DNA of 14,943 bases, from positions 1-14,943 of the forward strand of contig JBDRKX010000077.1 of the NCBI GenBank assembly GCA_043813605.1, in the 5' to 3' direction. Made by a program: the position numbers and the translations under genes. Under the pieces are notes generated by a model, which did no database searches, was not told the origin of the DNA, and saw only the letters and a program-made list of their open reading frames with translations. The DNA is from Elusimicrobiota bacterium. GTDB lineage: Bacteria > CG03 > SLGR01 > JBDRKX01. Shown here one piece after another: positions 1 through 12,000 of this stretch. The first letter of the stretch is position 1; each line of letters begins with the position of its first letter.

Positions 1-3000
1 AGCATGGATCGTATAACCGTGATGTCCTTCAAGAGCATCAGGCAGTTCAACTCCTACCTGCTCCTGCCTGTACTGGTATTGATAGTCATAGGCATTAGCT
101 ATATCGCTTTCAACCTTTTCTTCTTCTACCGCATATTCAGATTGAGGCGTATTTAAAGTTTGTTCAACTATACCGATGCGGGAAACAGCCGATAAAAGAG
201 CCTTCTCTGTTTTTTTATCCAATCCTGCTTCCTCTATATCTTTTTTACTCCCTGTCACTATATAATAAGGGCTCTCTTCCCGGATCAATCCTTTATCAAT
301 AAGAGCCGGTATTCCTTCCAGTTCATCTTCAAATACAGCTCCTCTGTTAAAAGGATTGGTATGAAATAACTCCTGCAGATACCCGCCGCTTAGCAGGTTA
401 AAGAGAGCCAGCCCCCCCATTCCGGCAGAATGATGCGCATATACCCTGGGAACTATAACAGTCCTGCCGTCCTCCTTGAACTCAACCGATTCATAGTAAC
501 CTACCGGAGTCCTCAATCCCATTTTTTCATACTCTTTTAGAGCTCGAAGTGCTTCTTCAGGAGCCCATAGAGCCTCCAGCTGAGCGGCATATGGAGAGTA
601 CACATCACGTCTTACAACCTTATCTGCCGTATCCAGGGCATTCTCAGCGACACCTACCGGTCCATAACCGACCGAATCCCCATTATCCTTCGGATCATAA
701 GCGGTCTCCGATTTGCCGAAAACACCGTTCATTGAGGCGGCAAGCTGTTTACCCGTTGTTACAGCATGGACTTTGTGCAGCATCTCGGAATCATCTTCCC
801 GCATAATGATCCCGGGAAGCTTGACCTCAAATGATGAGCCGTGCCATGGTAAAGCCGGGGCACCGCTGTCTTCTTCATTTGAATCACCGACAAACCTTTT
901 CAGATAGGTCCAGTGTTCCGCAGGCAGATGCCCCATCATTATTCCCATCATACTCGCTATCCTGTTTTCACTTAAAAGAAGGTTATAATGACCGTCACTG
1001 CCATGAAGCCCGCTTTCAAAACCTTCAGTTTTCCTGATGTCAGCGTGCTGCCCGACGAAATGAAGGAGTCCGTTTTCTTCATTATAAAGCCTGTCGAACC
1101 GCATATCCCTTATTATTTTCAGCAACCTTGATTTCAGTTCAGTATCAGAAATGCTGTTTGCCGCTATTAACATAAATGCCGCGAAATTACCGTTATCAAC
1201 CGTAGATATGGATGCTACAAAATCATCAGGATGGATTAACTTTTTTTGCTTATTATTTCCATTCTTATACCAGTTATCTTCATAGACATATAAATATTGT
1301 GTGTTGTACCAGTTATACAGATGCCCCTTGTATTTTGGCAGTTTTTCAATGACATTAACGATTTTCTTTATCCTTTTGAGCGCTTCATCTTCTGTTATGC
1401 GCCCACTCTGCCATTCTATTACAGACATAAGCACATTAAGTCCTATGTTCGTCGGAGAAGTTCTGTGGTCGATCTTGCTTTTTTCCTTTATCAGGTTTCT
1501 TATCTCCGATTCCGCATAGCCGGCTAATAACGGCAGTACGGATATAATGGACAACACCCTGAGTTTTAATCTGTCATACCTGGAAAGGTTAAGTATTATG
1601 TTGTCAGGCGGAAGGAAGTCCGCTCCGCGTTCGTTTATCAATCCTTCTTCGGCTGTCTTTACGGTTAAGCCCATCCTTGGGTCAATCTCATCCGGCAGGT
1701 TCTCGGTTTCTTCCCGAAATGCGTTAACAAATATGTCGTAGTACATAAACGGGCCATTTAAAATATTAGAGTACCTGCGGCGGGCGGATCTGCCAAGAAC
1801 AGGCTGTTCTTTTACTATGCTTTCAGACAGTCCTATCGGGTCTTTTTGCATAAATAGGGACGATTCTGCTTCTGCGGGGGTATCTTTAAGGTCAGGAGCT
1901 ACAACCACTTTTTTAAACCCTAGCCTACGCGCTGTTTCTTTCACCATCATAAGAAAGCTAGCGGCGGGAGCAGCAGGTTTTGAATATTCTTCGACTATCC
2001 TGTACATCCATTCAAGGTAGAGCGGGTATGACGGGACTTTTACCTTTTCATTCACCGTATGCGCTTCCCTGGAATCCGCACCAATGATTATACCGTTAAA
2101 TTTCTGTTTGTAATAATTCTTCTCATTCGCCATCACACCGAGCTCTACGGTATCCTGCTCGCCTTTTTCATTCCCGTACACTATAAATTCTGAACCCGTC
2201 AATTCCTCTACTGCTTTCTTTGAAAATTGCGCTATCCTTGAATCCAGCGGACTGTCATACACATCAATAGATGAATTAACGATTGTACCGGGTATTGCCT
2301 TCTGATATTCGTCGGCTTTTATCCAAAGATGTTCCTGGTCCACGCTCCTTAAAAGAAAATCCGCGCGCGCATTCATGGCATCACCTTTCAGCACACCGAG
2401 GTTGACCGTGGATTTCATTGTTTTTCCGTCATCGTATCTTGCTATTACACCCCATTCTTGTCCTAAAATGCTGTTTATCATCTCCTGAATCGCGTTATTA
2501 CCGCGGCTGGAATTGTACGCTTCCGCCGATTCTTCGCTTAAAGAATACGGAGATGCCGTTATAGTTAATTCATCCTCTATATCCCTGTATTCACCGGTAA
2601 TCCCGGAAGCTGTTTCTTTGATCATATTCAGCGTTTTATCAGGGTCGGGTGTCAGGATCAGCGCTGATGCAGACTTTGCTATGGCATTCTCCAGTTCACC
2701 GCCCTCAAACAAGACAACTTCACTACCCGGAACTTTACTGACAATATCTATAAGAGCGTTTATTGCGTTTATCCTGCCTTTATCTATATCCACTCCGGAA
2801 TGGCCGCCTTTCCCGCCTCTTATATCTACTTTTACTGCCTGCATACCAGATGTAACCGGCTTGAACATGGGCGCCGCTTCGACATCCAATCCGGTTTTGA
2901 TCTCTGATGTCATACTTACATAAGCAGCCGCGCCTACCCGTATCTTTCCTTCACCCGCTTTATCAAGCACAATATCACCGTCTGTATTTATGATATCTTT

Positions 3001-6000
3001 TGACTTGAACTGGCTCATGTCTATGCCGTAAGCGCCTGTAAAATCTTCTTCCTCATCTATCGTAAACGCAAACTCCAGACCGATATGAGGCTTTGTATCA
3101 TTCAGCACCTTATGAGCCAGCCAGTTTATACCGGCTATTCCAATAGCATTATCATTGCCGAGGTTCGCCCCTTCGCCCATCATCCAGAACTCATCATTTT
3201 CTTCTATTATCTTTGTCTTTACCGGAAGACTCCAGTCCCTCTCCTTATCATCGGATATCAGCGCCATATCCATATGTGCCTGTACAAGTATGTATTCCTC
3301 CATCCCGTTTGTGGGATATATCCTTGCAAGGATGTTCCCGGTGTCATCTACCGTGAAGATACCGGGTACGGACGGATCCTGCTGGTCAACAAGTTTCCCT
3401 CCCTCTATATAGGTAAGCCCCATCCCGGTCAGTTTAGCTGTAATATAATCCCTCATCTTTGCTTCATCTTTTGAATCCGCATGAATGGCTACCGCTTCGA
3501 AATAATTCTTCCATGATATGACAAAATCGGACAATTTATTTTTAAATTTCGCAGGTACTATGTTATTCGATCTAAGGTAGGTTTCTAATATCTCTTCAGA
3601 TTTGGGTATTGCCTTATACAGCGGCTGTCCCCTGGAAAGCATCTCCATTTCCGCCAGTCTCTGTATTATGAGCGAAGCGATCTCCACAGGCTCCAATACC
3701 GCTAATGCCAGGTCCTGGATCAGTATCCGGCCGGTTATAACATCAAACAGGACCAGGCTCTTTGCCGACCTCATCAAGTCGGTATCGTTTATCACGCCGA
3801 GCGGTATGGTCTTTTTATCTCCATTGACTTTGTATACGATATTCACTGTCCTGTCTTCATCCATTTCAGCGGATACTATCTGCAGCTGTAGACTTTCTTT
3901 AATTCCGTCATTTCTCTGAATGTACGTAGAATATTCCTGTCCGGAAAGTGCTCTTATTGAGTCCGTTATGAGCGTTTCACGAGCGCTTCCTTTTTCCACC
4001 CTCACAAGGTTCTTCTTAGCGAAAGGAACGGCTTCTTCCATCACAATATTACCGTCTTTGAATACGGTCTCGCTCGATCCGTCCGTGTAATTTACTACAA
4101 CGGTCCGGTCCTCGGCCAGCAGATCGTAATGCGTCAGCGACATCGCCCTGTTATCAATATCTACGCTGTAATTATATCCCAGCGCTATATGCACCGTACC
4201 TCCTATCTTCTCGTCGTTCAGGAGGTTTATCAGAGTTTTCCCGCCGGTATCCACGCCCCAGGCGAACTCCCCTATATGCCGGACATTCCTTAGCCATTCC
4301 TCCTTTTTTTCCTTGGTTTTTATATCTCCTTTCCTGTAGAGCTCTTTTATCTTCTCTTCCGCGTTCTTAAGAGTCGCTTCCAGGAGCCGCGCCGCGGCTC
4401 CCCCTTCGATATTCGTAACAAAACCGTTTTCTACAGTCAGCTTCACTGGTTCATCCGCAAGGATCGTGTTCTCGCCCATCGCCATCATGACGTGGTTCAC
4501 TACAAACACGCCGTTGGTCCTGGAACTGGCCTTGTTCGGGCTCACGAACACCTCCATGCCGGGCAAATTGCAATCCCCGGTAACAGAATCTTTGACCGCC
4601 ACATCATCCCTGATCTGCCTGCCTGCCAGGTCAACAGTGAGTTTGTTGCCTTCCGAATCGAGTATATCAACGGTATCGACTCCCCTCCAGCTTCTTTCAA
4701 GGAGCGCCCGCGAATATTTCATACCGTTCTCATAATCAGCACCTGCCGACTGGATAAATGTGCGGGTGCCTATACCGGGAGCCGCCACTTCATAGTCCCT
4801 AGTGGTCGCATTGATAAAATCCGTCAGGTCGTATGGAGCATTCCTGTCGCCCATCACCTTTTCCTTGTAATCCGGGTCATTGTCAGTTTTGGGATCATGA
4901 CCGAACCTGTCCTTGTGAAGGCATACATGGATAACCGGCTTTGCCGATTCAGATCTGAGGGCCACCCTCTCCAGCACTCCCCTGAACGGATCTTCTATAT
5001 TTTCGCCTGTGTGCTTTATCGGCTGAAGAACGATCATCGGAAAAGCGCCTTTTTCAAGCGCCGCGTCGTAAAGACTCATGGCGACATTGAATCCCTCGGT
5101 GTTTCCGAAATTTCCGGTTATAAGAACATCATCAGATGATGAGGCCTGCAGCAGGTTCTCAACCGCAGCCTCCGCCGCTTTATTGATATCCTCCGATAAT
5201 CCCACTATCCGACTGAAGCGCTGTTCTCCCCCTATACCGGACCTGAGGTCGAATAATACATTATAGTGTTTGTCATAAGGCATAAGATCATCGAAGGCCC
5301 TCTTTTCTCCTATGATAAATACCGGTATTCCGCCCCTATTTATAATCTCGTCATAATAGGTTTTAAGCACGGCAAGAGTGTCCTCATTAAGAGACGCCGC
5401 CACACAGACACTTTCACCTTCCTTTACTTTTCCTGTGACTTCAGCCTGAATTTCATTCCTACGTTGTTCAGTGATTATGGTATTCGGGATAACCGGAAAA
5501 TATTTTTCCGCATCCAGCAGGCTTGTGTCTTCAAAAGCAAAGAGCCCGTTATGCAGTATCATGTCATAGGCCCGGGAAAGCTGGCCGCTCAGGTATTCCG
5601 CCTGTTTGAGGTCTCCATTAGAGCGGGCTTTGTGTGTTTCCATCCCAGCGCTTATGATAAAATCTTTCAATATTTCCCTTGCTTTTATCTTGTCACCCAA
5701 ATCAATACACTGTTCGGCCAGTACAAGCGGCCGGGTAGCCTGGATATCATCTGTTTCACCGAGGATTTCAGCAGCGGTTACATATTCCACCGGCTGTTCT
5801 TCAAACTGCAGTCTCCCGTCAAGGTCTGCAAGTATTTCACGCTCCGTTTCTTTCACCGGCTCGCCGCCGTCAACAAAATCCCGGATCTGTTCTGATGTTG
5901 AGAATTCCTGTATCTTCAGAGTCTCGCTCAAGAGATCTGTTACCAAGTCATGCAGCCCTTCTATATCCTCCAGATCAAGCCTGTACCGACCGTTCTCTCT

Positions 6001-9000
6001 AATGAGAAAGCCCGCTTCAATGAGCCTGTGAAGGACTATCCTGTAGCCCATCCAGTAATCTTCGTCATCTTTTGCTCCTGATCTAAGCATCATTACCAGG
6101 AAAGCGACATAAATAGCCCGGGCCTCCTGCTCATTGATAACTTTCCTGCTGACGAGGAACGGCACCTGATATACAGCGTTGAGTTCCGCAATGAGTTCTG
6201 TCACATAAGTATAATTACCGGCAAGTTTTCCCCTGCTGGACAGACTGCCGAGTAACAGTTGATGCCCGAGCTCATGCAGTCCCGTCAGATCCACTATCGA
6301 TGCAATATCCAGCATCCGGGCCTGTTCACTCACCATCATCCTGTCTGCGACCTGACGGAATTCATCGTACTTGCAGTCTTCTATTATATTGATCAATACG
6401 CTGCTCATATTACCGCTTATTCTCTCATCGCTCTCTCTCGGATGGTCCAGCCCCATGGCAGGCGCCTTGTCAAAGCCTACATGATAAAGCATGTCGTATG
6501 CCCTGAACCAGTTGGATTTTCTGAAGCCCGCAAGATCCCTATAGTCCCTGTATTCTTTAAATCTTTCTACCGCATTCAGATTGACATCCATTTCATTAAA
6601 AAGATCGCTAAAGATTTTAAAACGTTCCGCATACCTGTCATTTACTATCCATATATACGCTTCGTAGAACCTTTTTCTCTTGAAAATTCCGTCGGGATAG
6701 CGGTCATCGGGTTCCAGCAGGAACGTAAAAGGTTCGTCCCGGGTCTCCAACCATGCCTCACGGGCCCTCTTGAGTTTCTTATCGAATTCATCGAGGTCTT
6801 TTTCGACCAGGGCATCGGCAAGAAGTGTCATATAGGTTTTGATAGTATCCCTGTCGGTCACCTCGGCGCCTTTCAGCAGTTCGCCCGCGACAAGAAAGAG
6901 TTCCTTTTCATACTTCACGGCATACGGCACCGCTTCAAGCTTCCCGTCGCGCCGCTCTATTACAGTGTACCTGCTCATCAACTCGTTATTCTGGGTCTGG
7001 TTGTCGGTAAAATAGCTAATATATAAGTTGAATTCCTCAGATGTCATGTCTGCCGGCATCAATCCCTTACCGGGGAGATGATGCGTCCCTTCAGGCGCCT
7101 GTTTTTTTAAGATATCCTTTACCCCTTCGACTGCTTTCAATATATAACCAAGAGTTTCCCTGTCATTATCACTCAGGCCGGAAATATCAGTTTCTATCCG
7201 GACCTTTTCAGCTGTTACCCCGGTATCTGACTCGGCGGCAGTGATACTATCAGATCCGATGATTTTTCCCGATTCGATTTTCTGCAGCAATTCCTCCGCT
7301 GTCACATACCTGTGATCCGGCCGGACCTGCATGTCCCCTATAACTCCCCGGGCAATTCCCCTGATTGTTTCAAATCTCTCCTTTTCATCAGGAGAGCCAT
7401 TTATAAATGTTGTTACTTCCCCGGGAGTCCCTTCTTCCTGTATCTTCACGGCTTCTTCGAGGAGTCCTCTGATAATCCGGTGTATTTCTCCCAGGTCTTC
7501 CAGATCCATATCAAACATGCCGTCTTCGTAAATGATTATGCCGTTCTGCATCAATGAATCGATTATCCTGTTTGGTCCTATCCTATAATCACTTTTCTCA
7601 CCGACATACTCATACAATTCAGAAGCGAGATAAGTCGCGTACATCTCGCGGGCTTCGGCGTCACTGATAGCGGACTTGCTGCGGAGGAATTCAACCTGAT
7701 AAAGAGAATATATTTCCGCAACAGCTTCGAATATACTCAGGAAACTCGCGCCCAGTTCGTCAGCTCTCTCGTCAGAGGGGACCAGAAAGAAATGCCCCAG
7801 CTCATGAAGCAGGTATCTCATCACAAAAGCTCTGAAAGTAACAAGCCCGTGAAGTTCTCCGGCCATAAAAGATGCGGCATTGGATTTTTTTAATTCGAAT
7901 ACCGGTTTCAGCACATTCAGAAACGCGATATTTTTATTTTTTTGAAGCGAGTCCTCGCCGGGATAATTTATACCACCCGTCGGCTGGCCGTCATAATTAT
8001 TTATCTCCAGAAGCGTGTCATAGACTGCCGCTTTGTTTATTCTCTTTTCCCCGTTTTTATCTTCGGTCCTTACATGGGGCCGTATACTCTCGATACTCTT
8101 CAGATCATCACCCATATCATCCATCAGGCTGTTGATCATTTCGAGCCTACCGCCCATAGTGCTGTTTTGCACCCATATAAAAGCCTCATAAAACGGCTTG
8201 TGCTTAAGTAATCCGTCACTATAAAAATCTGTCGGCGCTATTACTAAATAAAACGGCGCGTTTTCCATTTCCAGCCAGAGTCTTTCGGCTTCAAGCAGAG
8301 CGGGATATATGTTTTCAATGTCTTTTTCCAGCAACGCGTCTGCAAGAGCGTTAAAATAAACAGCCATATCTTTTCGCTTTATCACTGATGCGGCCTTCTT
8401 TAGATATCCCGAGATCATTGTGAGTTTCTCTGAATATTTAACGGCATAAGGCACTGCTTTCAGTTTCCCGTTCTCTCTTTCTATCACGGTATAACTGTTC
8501 TCAAGTTCTTCTTTCTGTTCGGGATGTTCACCTATATACTCTTCCAGCTCATCGGCAGTCAGATCCGCAGGATAAAGGCCTTTCCCGGGGAGTTCTTTGG
8601 TCCCTTCAGGAGCCTGCATTTTTATAAGTTCTTTGACTCCATTGACTGCAAGCAGGACATACTCCAGGGCCGCCATCTCATCATTTGAAAGATGCGAAAG
8701 ATCGACCGCCAGTTCCTCGGCAGGCGCTTCTTCATCAGTTTCCGTCTCGCCGAAATCCTCTGAATATTCTCGCTCTATACTCCTGATCTTTTCAGCAAGT
8801 TCCTTTCTCTTTAATCTCTTAAACCAGAGCCAGTCATTCATCCTCATATATTCAGTTATCTGCCTGTTTCTTTCTTCTTCGCTTTCCGCATGGCAGAAGA
8901 TATCGAACCAGAACCAGAGCGCCATAATATCCATTGGAGCCGCGCCGTTCCTAATGCTTTTCGATATCGCATACAAGTTCGCCTGCGATTCCTTATTTAT

Positions 9001-12000
9001 CCTCATTATCCTGGGTATGGAAACTTTGATGATCACGTTATGTAATCCTCCGATCTGCGCTTCCAGTTTTTCCATATTGCGGCCTGTTCTTAAAGACCCT
9101 CTTATACTGTAAAAAGCATTCTGTGCATCAGTGATCGTTCTCTTCAGATCCGCATCCAACCTGTTTATCTCTTTAAATGTTTTTTCAGCTTCAGAGATCC
9201 CTGTAGTCTGTACGGCATGAAGAACTTTGATTCTATTCAGGACAGCTATGGCATTTTTCAAGGATTTCAACACATTATCCATGGTGCCATCTTCTTTAAA
9301 ACTCCGGTTCAGTTTATCTGCAATTTTGACAGCATCTGTCATCCTGTTGATATATCTTCCGAGTATTCCAAGCTCTATTCTCACATCATCCGGTTCAGTA
9401 AGATGGCCTTTTTCATGGAGCAGGATTTTATTGATGATCAGTTCCACTCTTTGATCCCATTTATCAGATAATCCGTACAACATCGAAAGATTATCTACGA
9501 ATTTTTGCTTGCCTATCCTTACGGTATAGGTGTCTACCCTGGACGACACCTCCGCATAATCTCTGAAATCACGATCTATGACGATATTTTTAAACCCCAG
9601 GCCGAGCGCTTTCTTCCTTATTATCTCTGCAACTTTTCCCGGGCTTCCAACTGCAGTATTTTTTAACGATGTATCCGATACAACTATTGCCGGCTGGCTG
9701 ATTTCGCTTCTGTTCGTGCGTACCAGATCATTAAAGCTTGAATAGTATTTATTGTTCTTTGCCTTATAAAGCATGTGATCCACACCGGAAAGAGTCTCAA
9801 GTATGATCACTCCGTGCGGTGATTCCAGTTTTTTCCCTTTTAGTTTTGAGGTCCTAAGTATATTAAGCATATCCGCTCTGTGGGATGAAAGCTGAGAAGC
9901 CACCTGTGATGCCGCTTCATTATTCGATATATCTCCTTTTTTCAGTATCTTTACAGCTGTCTTTACCCTTTCCAGCTTCTTTCCGTCATACCCCTCTTTC
10001 CCTTTTCTGGACTTAACCTCATAAAAGTAGTAAAACTCCCCGTCTTTATAAGCCACTATGTCTATATCTACAACCTGTCGGTTATTATCACTTACAGCCA
10101 GGCCGAGGCTCAATACTTTATATCCCTGTTTCTCCAGCTGATATGCCCTATAGAGTTCAGTGCTTGCTCCGGGGTCACCGATCCTCACATTAAATAGAGA
10201 ACGGTGAATCAGGTCTCCTATACCAAACATGTCCCGGAAATAGTGAACTACTTCAAAAAATTCATCTCCTACATCAGGATTTACTACAAGAGCTTCAAAT
10301 TCTTCCTGTACCTTGAAATCAAATCTTTCCTTCAGAATATCCCTGGTCTCATTGATTACCTGCGTATAATATTCGGGTGATTTCTCTTCATATGATTCAA
10401 AGAATTTTTCTTTAATATACTTCCTGATAGGTTCTACCAGGGGATTCTCTTTGCCGAATAAAAACCTCTGGATGCCATTTACTATGGCTTGGTGTGTCCT
10501 GTAGCCGCCTTCACCGAATACGGAAGAATAACCTTCATGGAACAGGAGTTCATCCAGATAATCATAAAACGCCGGTCGGGATAAAAAATCTTTGGAGAGT
10601 ACTATCTTACGGTTGGTCGTATAACCCAGGGAGTAATCCTCTGCTCCCTTTACCAGGCCATCGAATGTCACTATGTCTCCGCGCGCATAATATTCCTTTA
10701 ACCTTTTAAGCACCATGTCCGCATGTGTTTTTTGACGCTCAGGCATTATCCTATTTTTCAGTTTATGCTCTATTTCAGCAATTTTGGCCTCTACATGCCT
10801 TGCTTCATCGAGAGTCAGTCTATATGTCGGCATACTCTTTGCCTCTTTAATAGAACTCCCTTTACCTAATGCACCTTTTACTATTTCGTTTTCTGTTATC
10901 CGACGGGCTCTTATAAAAGGAAAAGATAAGCCCAAAAACCTGTGGCTGTATTCTGCTCCCTTTTCTTTTTCCGGGACAGTATTGCCTTCATCTTCCGGTT
11001 TTTTACAGGACAATTCCTGCATGTCCGCTTTTTTTGATCTGTAGCGGTTTATCAGGTTTAATTCTCTTGCGATCTTCTTACGGGTTTTATCTGAGGCTTT
11101 GCCGTTTCTTTTGTCTCTTGAATCTGTCAATCCCTTTTTAAGAGTCCTTAACCTGGCCTGAATACCCGAATATTCGGGATTGTTCATCACATCATTATCT
11201 CCGAGCGCCGAATTGACTATATTGAGAAGTTCTTCCAGGCTCAGGGAACCGGTATCAATATCATCATCTGCTGAATCCTTTTTGCTTTTTTTCCTCGGCA
11301 GCATCAACCCGAAACCCGGAAGCATGAATCCTGCTATAAAGGGAATATCTTTCTGGGCTAGTTCCGAGATGATTTTCTTCTCATAGCTAAGCGGCTCATC
11401 GGTCATACTTAACCCAGGACCGGGTATATTTTTCTTTATCGGCGCCGGTTTTTTAATTATTATTCTTTTGGCCGGTTTTCTCTGTTTTAGGCGCGGCCCT
11501 TGGATACTTGATGGTCTCTTTATGTCTTTTATTGTTGTCTTGTTCTTTATTGTTCTCTGTTTTTCCTTTTCGGTCTTTTTGTCTATTTTATTTTTTTTCT
11601 GTACATCTTTTCCCGACCGGTACGACAACGGCCTGTCCAGGCGGGGATTGGGATTTTTCATAAAATTCGTAAAAAAAGCGTTACACCCTAACAGAGTAGT
11701 TACCAGAAATACAGAAAAAATTATTTTCAGCATTTTTGAAATCCTGCTGCCCTGCCCAGCTACCTGAACGGGTTTCTGCACCTCGGCAGTATCCGCAGGC
11801 TGTTTATCAACAGAAGGTGACATCTCGGAAGATTCATCCTGTTTGCGCCTTACTCTTCCGCCTGCCATTAAAAACGGAATTATAAAAGCAGAATCGATTA
11901 CCATCTCCTGCCCGGTTGTTTCCTCGCCGACATAACCAATGTGATCAGTTATAGTATCAGACATCCATAATCCTGCTGCAGTAAAATCGTTGTAATCCCT

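Larger units (their letters stand above)
5761..8712 (-). repeat. Diverged tandem intragenic duplication with a unit of about 1515-1524 nt (about 505-508 aa)
   Basis: Paired peptides: QAPEGT (offset 1515 nt), AVPYAVKY, LADAL(L/V)EKD, HELGH, YQV, and YVTAEELL/YVTAAEIL (offset 1524 nt). Confidence 0.9.

Noticed and set aside
421..470. VIVPRVYAHHSAG read as a cupin (archaeal-type phosphoglucose isomerase) motif
   Set aside because: The surrounding motifs place it as the AHHQGM motif of the Cgs glycoamylase-like domain.
1897..9620. Similarity between ARRLGFKKVVV (about 1900..1932) and ALGLGFKNIVI (about 9577..9609)
   Set aside because: The match is too short and does not extend convincingly. It is worth rechecking only if a profile search finds more copies.
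11165..11178. Perfect 14-bp palindrome CCCGAATATTCGGG
   Set aside because: It is a single occurrence inside coding sequence with no U-tract or promoter context, and is plausibly chance.
11400..11610. T-rich tracts on the + strand as terminators or simple repeats
   Set aside because: They are explained by Lys-rich codons of a low-complexity linker on the minus strand. No hairpin or periodic unit was seen.
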